Made by a program: the position numbers and the translations under genes. From NCBI GenBank assembly GCA_043228905.1, contig JBHGNT010000007.1:4216001-4280000 (forward strand): 64,000 bases of DNA, in the 5' to 3' direction. The stretch is from Azolla caroliniana. Lineage: Eukaryota; Plantae; Polypodiophyta. Positions 53,197-64,000 of the stretch are shown here, piece after piece. The notes under the pieces were generated by a model. It saw only the letters and a program-made list of their open reading frames with translations. It was not told the origin of the DNA and made no database searches. The first letter of the stretch is position 1. Each line of letters starts with the position of its first letter.

Positions 53197-54994
53197 AAGA
53201 ACACAAAACTTAGATTCAAAAACTCGGTTCTCCATACATAGGATGCACTCAGAGGGCGCTTTTATATAGGTCCTTTCAGACAGACAATAGTACTGACATA
53301 AGTATTGACTAGTACTTCATGCTCATCAATGAGCCTCCTACACTAACTCCCAAAATTATTCCTTCGAGGAATATCTCTCTAACGGCCTCTCGGTATACGC
53401 ACCGCTATGGCCTCTCGTTGTGCGCATGGTTTACGTACCCAGTCTACGCACTATTTTACGCATCGGTTTACGCACTCAATGTTGAACTTGCTTCTCAACA
53501 CTCCCCTTCAAGCTCAACTTGAGGTTCCGCCTGCTCTTCCAGATCTTCGCTTTGGCTTCTCCTGGCTACACGCCTAGCTTGCGCTCCTCGACCCGTTCAA
53601 TTCCCTGCGCCTCGACCCTTTCGGTCGGCTTGTCTGCTCGTGTGGCCCTTCTCAACCCCCTTGCTGTCGTGGTGTTGGTACCTCTTTCTCTGCCCTTTCC
53701 TCCGCTTGGCCCTTAGTCAATTCGACATGTCCGAATCGAACATTTCGATTGAATCAGTCACTACTGATTCAGTTTTGCTTACGCCCGAATTGGCAGTCTC
53801 CAATTCGTCTTCTGTCTTCAGGTCCTTAACGACGTCAGAACATGTCTTGGTCTTGGCCTTTTCATCCTTCTTGGCTTAATCTCCCCCTTGCTTGGCGGTC
53901 TTCGGCTCTTCCCTGTGATTGCCACACCTTTCTTCTCTGTCGACTTCAACAACCGACCCGAAATCGAATTCTTCATCCGATTCGCCATCACGGTCAGTTT
54001 CACTACGGTGGTCACTCCCGTTCCTTTCACGCTCACGCTCTTGCTCCTGTTCCTGTCTCCCCCTCAAGTTCGGCGTGTTGAGGTGACACAACCCAAGCGC
54101 ACCCGAGAATTGCCGCAACTTGTTGAGACCAAGGGGCTTGGTGAAAATATCGGCAATCTGCCGACCTATCGGAACATACACTAGTTCGACTTCACCGGAG
54201 AGGACACGCTCGCGGACAAAATGCTAATGCACCTCAATGTGCTTGGTCCGAGCGTGGAATATGAGGTTTCTTGCAAGGTGGATACTGCTGAGGTTGTTGC
54301 AATAGATCATCTTCGGAGTGGACACCTCCACATGCAGATCCTTGAGTAGCCTTTTGAGCCAAATGACTTTGCATGTAGCGATGGCCGCCCCTCGATATTC
54401 GGCTTCTGTGCTTGATAGTGCCAGTGTCGGTTGCTTCTTACTACTCGACGCAATCGCCGCAATTCCCAATGAGAATGCATATATGGATGTGGATCTGCGA
54501 TCGCCGGCATTTTCGGCCCAATCAACATATGTGTAGCCAACTAACTGTACGACTACGCCTTCCCGATACAGCAACACCATGTCTTTAGTGCCGCTGACAT
54601 ATCGCAATATTCTTTGCGCGCACTAAAAATGTTCAATCGTGGGCTCCGACATAAATTGACTGATCAAGCCGACCGGGTAGCTGAGATCCAACCAAGTGAT
54701 CGTCAAATAAATTAGGCTTCTGACAATCTGTCAGAACCTTGTTGGGCCGCATGCCTTTCCCGAATCTCAACGAAGCTTTGCGTTTCTATCTAGAGGGGTC
54801 GAGATGGGTTTACAATCTACCATCCCGAACTTGAAGAGCATATTCAACGTGTAATGACCCTGGCTGATTAATATGCCTTCCGGGGAGCGGATCACTTCGA
54901 TTTCGAGAAAGTAATGAAGGTCCCCTAGATCCTTCATGTCGAATGATGCCGCAAGCTGAGACTTTATGCGGCCGATTTCATCTAGGTTGCCGCC
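53090..54994 (-). mobile_element. 3' half of a Copia element: 3' LTR 53090-53500, PPT, RNase H and RT end
   Basis: TGTAAC...CAACA LTR, PPT TGAAGGGGAG, and ALSSTEAEY, RTKHIEVH, IADIFTKPL motifs. Confidence 0.85.
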
Positions 54995-55632
54995 ATCCTT
55001 GATTCCAAGATTGTTCGCAACAAGCTCTACTATCTAGTCGATTGGCTAGGCTATAGTCCCAACGAACGTACTTGGGAACCGATCGAGAATGTGACCAATG
55101 CTCGTGCTCTTCTTGAAGACTTCCATCGTCAATATCCACACAAACCGGGTCCTCAATCCAAGACGACTCGTGACACTCGTCGTTTTAAAGGGGGGATAGT
55201 GTCATGATATGGCAAGACTCGAACCCATGACCGTAGGTTATATGGGTCGAGCTCTTGACCATTAGATCATCTATTGTAATACGTAGGATATTATTTTCAT
55301 TTAAATGTTATAGGAAATTAGTGTATATTCCAGATTTCTCTGGAACATTCTAGAAGCTTCAAGATTACTCCTGAAAACACTATAAAAGAGGGCATTAGGC
55401 ATTATGTTGAACCAAATTGGTTCAACGCCAGTCTTAAGCCTTTTAGCTATCATTGTATATTCTCTTCACATAATACATATCTTTCTTATCATCACTCTCT
55501 CCCTCTCTCGATCTCTCTCTTTCTCTCCGTCTCGCTCACTTCTTCCTTCTCTCGAAGAAGTTCTACACCTCTCATAGTACTAATCCTTCGTTTAGTACTA
55601 ATTCCTTCTCTGTCTTAGTACTGTTCCTGACA
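54984..55632 (+). mobile_element. Tcn1-like chromovirus 3' end: chromodomain, PPT, 3' LTR 55200-55632
   Basis: VAAILDSKIVRNKLYYLVDWLGYSPNERTWEPIEN, PPT AGGGGGGATAG, and a TGTCA..TGACA LTR sharing motifs with the 23531 LTR. Confidence 0.88.
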
Positions 55633-56723
55633 ATAACAGCTCCAAGCATACGTCGACGGGATATAGTCCTTTTATGTTGATGTATGGTTTTCAGCCACAA
55701 GCCCTGATTGATGTTAGTATACATCATGATGAGTTGCGAAGTACGCAAAACATTCTTCGGGATATGCAAGATATATTGCATATTGCACGAGATAATATAA
55801 AAAAAGCTCAAGATAGAGCCCTGGACAAAAGGTATTTTTACGTGTACCTCACAATTCTAAGACATTGGCTACAGGTAAGTGCGCTAAGTTAGCCCCATGG
55901 TTTTGTGGACCTTTTATAGTTCTCAAACGCATTGGGTCATCAACCTATCGTCTCGCTCTTCCCGGCGGTGTTGGAATTCATCCAGTCTTTCATGTGAGTC
56001 GTCTAAAAGAACTTCTAGGTTCTAGCGACAATACAGTTACAACTAAAACTCTAGTTACTTCTGAAGAATTATCTTCTAAACCACATGTACCAGAAAGAAT
56101 TCTCGATGTTAAAACAAAAAAATTACGTACTAAAGAAATCAGAGAATTTAAAATAAAATGGATGGATAAATCAATAAAAGATACCACATGGGAACGCGAA
56201 AGTACTCTCACAATTAACTTCCCTAACTTTCCATTGCAAGAGTGCAATGTTTTAAAGAGGGGGAGTATGTTACGGGCATGACCATATAATATCCCGTGGT
56301 GAGAATTTACCATAGTATTCTATACACGTGGATAAGTGTGAGGGTTAAACAAGAGTGTAAAGAAGGGGAGGATTACTTTTAAATCCTCCGGATTGAGACA
56401 ACCCATTAGGCCAAGTGTGGACATGGCTAGGGGTCTTGGGTATCGCTATAATAGAGGCCTAGCTACCCTGATTTCATTATATGGTTGACTACGTCGAGAC
56501 TTTGTCTTGTGGTGGGTCAACTCTTGTAGCGAGTGCGCCAGCACCAGGTACGACTCGACGCCACAACGGTGGTATGGGACATCGATCGAGGCTTGAGTCG
56601 TCTCAATCCCGTCGCTTGGGGGTGGTCGGGGGGATCAGACCCTTCTTTCTCTCTCTCCTTTCTTTCTATCTACCTAGATCTATCCTTATCTAATGCTTAC
56701 TTTAGTACATGTCTCTAATAACA
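55633..56723 (+). mobile_element. 3' end of a second Gypsy chromovirus: integrase C-terminus, chromodomain-like, PPT, 3' LTR 56268-56723
   Basis: STGYSPFMLMYG, KLAPWFCGPF, IHPVFHVSRLK, IKWMD..TTWE motifs, PPT GAGGGGGAGTA and TGTTA..TAACA. Confidence 0.8.
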
Positions 56724-57376
56724 TCTATACATCTTAAAGCCCATACCGTTGTGAAGTTTTTCGGCAATGGTGTGAAAATCACATAAAACGTACAAAATCG
56801 AGTGTGAATCACATAAAACAATAATAGTGAAGTATCTAAGTTCAAAATGATGGAGGGCTTCAAGAGATTTCGAATGCACTTTATTACACGAGAAACAGAC
56901 AACTAGATGTCAAGATATGAGGGTATAAAGTTTGTGAAAGGAAAAGAGAAAATTGTGAGATATCCCACATAGGCACGACAAATACGGCTCTCATCATATA
57001 TAAGGTAGAGCAAAAGTTATTATCTTTGTGTCTATGTGTGGAGCATAGAGAGTTCAAGGTAACTTGAACTAAGAGTGGAGGTGGCCTAGCTACTTGTAAA
57101 GGTTTTGGCCAACCAAAACCAGACCGACAATGGAGCCAGTGATCCGACGACAGCCAGCAAAGCGACGATGGCACACCGGCAACCGGTGATCCGGCGAAAC
57201 CGTCATGTGACGGAGCCGGTGGAACCGACATTCGGCGGCAACCGGCGAGGCGGTAGTCTCCGGTAACCAACGACAGCTACCGATAACCGACGGCATCCGG
57301 CGAGGCGGCAACTATCGGTAACCGTCGGCATCCGACGAGCCGGCGACCAAATTAATCAATAAATATTACATATATA

Positions 57377-60300
57377 TGTTGGGAGACAGGTCCCTCTGGA
57401 TGGGAAGTGAGAAGTACAGTGCCGATGAGCAAACATGGCCGAGGCCGATAGGGAAGTGAGAAGTACAGTGCCGATGAGCAAACATGGCCGAGGCCGATAG
57501 GGAAGTGAGAAACCGGATGTGGAGGACCCGGCAACGGAAGACCCGGTGAGAACCGGATGAGGAGTACCCGACAAGAGCCGGATGGTGAAGGCCCAGTGAG
57601 AAGTGCTCACCGGATGAAGGGACATATTCGTAAATATGTTTCTGAGAGTCCATCGAGGCTATATTTGTAAATAGACGAAAAGTCATATTAGTATAAATAT
57701 GACTTAGGGCAAACTTAGTGAGACAAGTTGTCATTCTCCTTGTCGCGATTGTGAGAGAGCAACCGTGTACATAGAGAGAGAGAGAGAGTGAGCTCGAGAT
57801 ATAGAGAGATTGTTGCCTCTGTTGTAACCGCCGCCTGTGGCGAAGTTCGTGAGCACGAGGTCGTTGCCTCCATGAGCTCAGTATTGTAATTATCGTGATA
57901 TAGTGATAGTTTGGAGTTTGTGGACTCCCGTGGTTTTTCTTTCTCAGAGTTTTCCACGTTAATATCCTGTGTACTCTTCTGTCTATTGTGTTGTGCATTC
58001 ATTCCCGTTTTTCTATGTTTGCTTCTAAGCTTGGTTGTGGCCGAGTGTTGTACTCTTCGATTGTAGTCGGAGACTATTCCGCGTATTTTCCCACAAAGTG
58101 GTATCAGAGCGAAATCGACACAAAAAATGGACGATTCATTGGGAGGTATGTTCAAGCTCACCGGCTCCAACTATTCGGTGTGGAAGTCGAAGATGAGGGA
58201 CATGCTTGTGGTTAAAGATCTTTGGTTGCCGGTTCAGTTCGGGGACAAGAGACCAGACAAAATCGACGCCACGATATGGGAGGTAATGCACATGAACACA
58301 ACGGTGTACATACGGTGCTTCATCGATATGAGTCTATACAACAACTTCAATGAAGATCGGCATTATGTTTTAAAGCAAAAATGCTATTATTCAGGTTTCG
58401 GTATTTCGGAAGCTAGTACGACTCCCATACCAAGATGGCTCCAGCATGGCCAAGCACATGAATGCCTTCCAGGGGCTGATCAACCAGGCAACATCATTGA
58501 CGTACCTCTCGCCGATGAGGTACTAGCGCTACTCCTGCTCGGTTCCCTCCCGGATAGCTGGGAGACGTTGGTTGTCACTTTGGGCAATGCCGGGCCAGAA
58601 GGGAAACGGTTATCCCTAGCAAGAGTGAAGTCGAGCTTGCTAGATGAGGAGGCGCGTCGGAAAGATAAGGATACGAGCTCCGACTCCAAAGCGCTCCTTA
58701 CCGAATCGGAACGCGGAAGACAGAGGAACCGTAGTCCCCAGAACCGGGAGAAGTCGGGGATACGGTCAAAGTCAAGGGGGAGGCCTACCTGCTTCTCTTC
58801 CGGCAAGCCGGGACACTTCTACAAGAACTGTTGGCACTTCCGAAAAGACAAGGAAACCGACGGTACAGATTCAAAGCGGACACCGGACCGGAACAGTAAA
58901 GACCGGAGGGGAACGGACCGAAAGGGAACGACGACAATCGCGGCAAGTGAAGAAGAGTTGATGCTCATCACCGAGGAGAGTGAGCTAAACCTTGCCGGCA
59001 ACAAGATGACCTGGGTGGTCGACTCCAGAGTGTCGTTGCACCTTACCCCTGACCGGAAATGCTCCTCATCCTACTTAGCTGGTTATCACGGTTGTGTCCG
59101 GATGGGGAATGAAGATACATGCCGAATTGTCGGCATAGGAGACATGTGGTTGACAACACCAACTGGATGCAAGCTGCTGCTGAAGGATGTCCGACATGTT
59201 CCGGAGGTTCGTCTGAACCTGATATCAGCCGGTCGGCTAGATGACGAAGGCTACAGGGTAGCATCCGGAACGGTGTTATGAAGTTCAGCAAAGGGAGCCT
59301 GATTGTGGCTCGGGCCCGGAAGGTAAACACGCTGTACCTGATGAATGCCCAATTATGTCCGGAGGAAGTGAACGTGGCATTCGACACTGCCGGTGAGCTG
59401 TGGCACAAAAGGTTGTGTCACATGAGCGAGAAGGAGATGAAGAGGCTTGTAGACGACAACCTCATTCCAGTGAAGAACGTACACTTGGAGAAGTGCACTG
59501 ATTGTCTGGCTCGTCAACAAAACCGGACCTCCTTCCGACCCAAGCCACCGATGAGACGTAATGCACCACTGGAGTTGGTGCATACCGATATGTGTCAAGT
59601 GGACACGAAGTCACATGCAGGATTGCAGTACTTCGTGACGTTCATAGATGAACACAGCCGGAAGCTGTGGGCCACACTGTTGAAGACAAAGGATCAGGTG
59701 CTATCCGTCTTCAAAGAGCTCCATGCGAGAATGGAAAGAGAAACCGGCCGGAAGCTGAAGGCGGTTCGAGCAGATAATGGAGGAGAATACCGGGGGCAGT
59801 TCGAGGAGTACTGCCGCTCGAAGGGAATCTAGCTCGAATTTACCATGCCAAAGATACCGGAACTAAACGGGCTGGCCAAGAGGATAAACCGGACCATAAT
59901 GGAGAGGGTCCGGAGTATGCTAGCGCATGCCAAATTACCCAAGCCGTTTTGGGCTGAGGCGTTGTCGACAACGACGTATGTGATAAATAGATCGCTCTCA
60001 GTACCCTTGGACGGAGACACGCCGCAGAGAGTATGGGCCGGTAAGGAAGTGCCCTACGGGCATCTGAAGGTGTTCGGTTGTCTCGCGTACGTGCATGTAG
60101 CTAAGGACCAGAGAGGAAAGTTAGATCCATAGACCCTACCATGCATATTCCTCGGTTACGACGACGATGAGTTCGGCTACCGAGTGTGGGACCCGGTCGA
60201 CAAGAAGGTATTCCGGAGTCGAGATATTATCTTCATGGAGGACAAGACACTCGTCGATTGGGAGTCGGAGAAGAAGGTAATGATCTCCGAGTCGACCAGT

Positions 60301-62846
60301 AAGGATCGATTCTAAGTAGACCCAACCGGCAAGAGACCGGTTAGCACTCGAGGAACCAGCCGGTTATGGTGAGGATGCCAAACCGGTAGAAGAAGAAGTA
60401 GAGGAAGTTGAAACCGAAACCAGGCAAGACCCAGAATCAGATTCGGATGAAGAGCAAATGGAGGAGCCGATTACCAATGCCCAAAGACGAAGATATCCTC
60501 TTAGAGAGAGAAGGGCCCCACGGAAATTTCCGGATGCAGAGCATGTGCTGCTGACCGATGAGGGGGAGCCAGAAAGCTTCAAGGAGGCTAAAAGTGACGC
60601 CCACAACCGCAAATGGTTAAGTGCCATGTAGGATGAGATGGATTCCCTGCATGAGAACGATACGTACGAATTGGTGGAGTTGCCAAAAGGAAAGCGGGCA
60701 TTCCGAAATAAGTGGGTGTACAAGTTGAAACCGGGAGATGCCGGCAACCCCTCGAGACACAAGGCCAGGATCGTGGTGAAGGGGTTCCAGCAGAAGAAGG
60801 GCATGGACTTCGATGAGATATTTGCCCCGGTAGTAAAGATGACCTCCATCCGGACGGTGCCGAGTATAGCGGCAAGCATGGACCTCGAGGTTCTGCAACT
60901 GGATGTGAAGACGACATTCCTTCACGGTGACCTTGAAGAGGAGATTTACATGCAGCAACCGGAAGGATTCGTGGAGAAAGGGAAGGAGCACCTAGTTTGC
61001 CGGTTGAAGAAGAGCCTATACAGACTGAAGCAGGCTCCCCGAAAATGGTACCGGAAGTTCGACTCCTTCATGACCAATGAAGGGTACCACAAGACACAGG
61101 CCGATCACTGCGTGTTTGTGAAGAAGTTCGAAGGAGGTGACTTCTTGATACTCCTTCTGTACGTGGATGACATGTTGATCGTTGGATGGGACCAAGCCAA
61201 AATACGGATGCTGAAGAAAGCTCTCAATCGAACCTTCGCAATGAAAGACTTGGGTCCGGCAAGACAGATGCTGGGGATGCATATCATTTGGAACCGGCCA
61301 ACGAAGTAGTTGTGGCTGTCACAGGAGAAATACGTGACAAAGGTCCTTCAGCGGTTCAACATGTTAGAAGCGAAACCGGTCGGATCCACACTTTCGGCAA
61401 ACTGTAGGTTATCCGGTAAGCAAAGCCCGAAGACGAAAGCAGAGAAGGCGGATATGATGAAGATTCTATATGCCTTTGCTGTCAGGAGCTTAATGTATGC
61501 AATGGTGTGTACACGACCGGATATACGATACGCAGTCGGAGTGGTGAGCCGGTTTATGAGCAATCCCGACAAGGAGCACTGTAAAACACGGTCAAATGGA
61601 TACTCTGGTACTTGAAGGGCACTTCGGATATGTGTCTCCGATTCGGCCCTGGTAAACCTCAACTTGACGGTTTTACTGATTCAGACATGTCGGCTGATGT
61701 GGATACCAGCCAATCTACATCCGGGTTTGTAATGACATATGCAGGGGGAGCTGTTTCGTGGCAGTCGAGGCTGCAGAACATGGTTGTGTTGTCAACCACG
61801 AAGGCAGAGTACATGGCGGCTGTGGAAGCCGGCAAGGAAATATTATGGATGAAGGACTTCATCGGAGAGCTCGATTTCTGGCAAGATGAATACCGGCTCT
61901 ATTGCGACAGTCAAAGTGCCATCCACCTTCCTAAGAATGCGGCCTACCATTCCCGGACAAAGCATATCTAGCGAAGGTATCACTGGATCTTGGAAAGAGT
62001 AGATGACCAGGAGTTCGCACTGACGAAGATCCACACGGCCGAGAACGGGTCAGATATGCTGACCAAAGTGCTGATACCTGATAAGCTGGATGCATGTCGG
62101 AAGCGGATCGGACTAGTAAGACACCCCATGCCGGAGTGAAGGGGGAGTTTGTTGGAAGACAGGTCCCTCCGGATGGGAAGTGAGAAACCGGATGTGGAGG
62201 ACCTGGCAACGGAAGACCCGGTGAGAACCGGATGAGGAGTACCCGGCTACGGAAGACTCAGTGTGAACCAAATGAGGAGTACCGGGCTTCGGAAGACCCG
62301 ATGGGAACTGGATGAGGAGTACCCGGCAAGAGCCGGATGGTGAAGGCCCAGTGAGAAGTGCTCACCGGATGAAGGGACATATTCGTAAATATGTTTTTGA
62401 GACTCCATCGGGGCTATATTTGTAAATAGACGAAAAGTCATATTAGTATAAATATGACTTAGGGCAAACTTAGTGAGACAAGTTGTCATTCTCCTTGTCG
62501 CAATTGTGAGAGAGCAACCGTGTACATAGAGAGAGAGAGAGTGAGCTCGAGATATAGAGAGATTGTTGCCTCTGTTGTAACCGTCGCTTGTGGCGAAGAT
62601 CGTGAGCACGAGGTCGTTGCCTCCATGAGCTCACTATTGTAATCATTGTGATATAGTGATAGTTTGGAGTCTCTGGACTCCCGTGGTTTTTCCCTCTCAG
62701 GTTTCCACGCTAATATCCTGTGTACTCTTCTCTCTATTGTGTTGTGCATTGATTCCCGTTTTTCTGTGTTTGATTCTAAGCTTGGTTGTGGCCGAGCGTT
62801 GTACTCTTCGGTTGTAGCCGGAGACTATTTCGCGTATTTTCCCACA
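57377..62846 (+). mobile_element. Full-length Ty1/Copia; LTRs 57377-58095 and 62150-62846; TSD ATATA/ATACA
   Basis: PBS TGGTATCAGAGC (tRNA-iMet) at 58099 and PPT GAAGGGGGAG. Gag (KLTGSNYSVWK), protease (WVVDSRVS), integrase (LVHTDMC, DNGGEY), RT (YVDDML) and RNase H, with several TAG stops and frameshifts. Confidence 0.95.
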
Positions 62847-62860
62847 ATACACACAAGGAG

Positions 62861-62928
62861 GACAAGTGAGGATTCGAACCTTGCACCTCCTAGTTAAGAG
62901 TTGGTAGGCTTACCACTAAGCCATGACA
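62861..62928 (-). promoter_or_regulatory. tRNA-derived Pol III type-2 promoter module (not an intact tRNA)
   Basis: Perfect A box TGGCTTAGTGG and B box GGTTCGAATCC, 32 nt apart, with a CT-CTT-AA anticodon-like loop. The stems are degenerate. Confidence 0.7.
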
Positions 62929-64000
62929 TTTAGTTGAATTTATATTTCTATCATTATAGTTTTACATGGAAATTCTCATACATGAGAGCTAAAATGAGTG
63001 ATGCACCACATGGTTATCATGCACCACATGTAATACATGAGCGCCAAATGGCAAACATGCATTTTATGCATGTCTTGTACCCTCACATGCATCATATGCA
63101 TGAGAGCATCTATAAAAGAAGGGATTAAAAAGAAGAAGGGTTAGGCTTTTTTGGTTATGAAATTAAGAAGAAGAGAATTCGTTATTGAATTGATCGTGTA
63201 ACTTGTTTCTTAAAATCTAGAATCAAGAGTTCAATCTTAATCTCTCTCAATCTAAAGTCAAGCGTTCTATTCTATCTCAAGCTCTCTCTCTCTTTCAATC
63301 TAGCTTAAGTACTTTCTCGCTAAAGCTTGGACCAACTTCAAGTCCTTCCGGTCTAGAATCCCAGTGGTTCCGCCTCACGATCTGCGCGTAGTGACAGATC
63401 TTCATGACATAATTAAGTGGTGAACCCAACGTGAAAGAGGCGGTAAGAAGGATCAAGCTGAGATTAATACTTGGAGACGGCATCCTCAAGTAATCAAGCG
63501 GGAGAGCTCGAAAGGATGATGCTAATCGTCGAGCAAATGATGAGATCTCGGGACAACGACGCGAGCGTGGAGAAGGCTGTCGATCGTGTCGTAGAGCTCG
63601 AGGGCCAATTCGATGGAAGGAACGTTACGAAGTTCCTTGACACATATAGAAGGGAGATGAATCAGAGGGACGTGTCTGAAGCACGTCAAATCGCAAGCTT
63701 CAAGAGAGTTGTCACCAACAACATCCAAAGACGCGTCATCGATCTTGAAGAAGGTAAGACAACATGGTCCGAGTTCGAGAAAACAATACTAGCAGAGTTC
63801 GTGACTTAAGACTCAACGAGGATGACTCGACATGCCCTAATGAAGTGGATAGAGAAGAAGGATAAGAAGATGAGCGCCTCGAGGGTGTACAATGAATTCG
63901 ACCAGATGTTTAGTCATCTCCCCAACACAGACCAACTGTTGGTGAAGAGGACAAGACTTTGTACTTCCTGAAGGCTGTGGACATGAAGGATAGACGGGAG

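Larger units (their letters stand above)
56908..64000 (+). mobile_element. Gypsy (non-chromovirus-like) 5' LTR split by a Copia insertion, tRNA-Trp PBS, gag start
   Basis: The LTR ends ..CATGACA at 63409. PBS TGGTGAACCCAACGTGA (63418-63434) is complementary to the plant tRNA-Trp 3' end with 1 mismatch. Gag-like ORF from 63471 (FDGRNVTKFLDTY). The left boundary TGTCA at 56908 is tentative. Confidence 0.65.

Noticed and set aside
62861-62928. Functional tRNA-Lys gene
   Set aside because: The acceptor, anticodon and T stems do not pair properly, so it is kept only as a tRNA-derived module.

Overview
This is eukaryotic land-plant nuclear DNA. By inference it comes from a non-seed plant such as a fern, given the Tcn1-like chromoviruses and the repeat landscape. 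Four host genes can be reconstructed by hand: (1) RPS28 (minus strand, 3 exons, missed by the ORF track); (2) a DHHC S-acyltransferase of the PAT11 type (minus); (3) a ~1,660-aa acidic tandem-repeat protein with a basic N-terminus and a W-x-x-C-C-G tail (plus, 3 exons); (4) an intronless DUF1995 plastid-type protein (minus). Most of 12-38 kb and 53-64 kb is nested, decayed transposons: two full-length Copia elements with TSDs, older Copia remnants, an L1 LINE, two fused Tcn1-like chromoviruses, chromodomain/LTR remnants, solo LTRs, hAT and Mutator MITEs, and the 5' end of a tRNA-Trp-primed Gypsy. The most notable signals are antisense tRNA-like A-box/B-box modules inside three separate Gypsy LTRs, a self-priming PBS, a conserved GUUAAAC + pseudoknot -1 frameshift signal, and a short non-LTR 3' end found repeatedly inside (AG)n microsatellites. 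All family assignments are from recalled motifs, not database searches.
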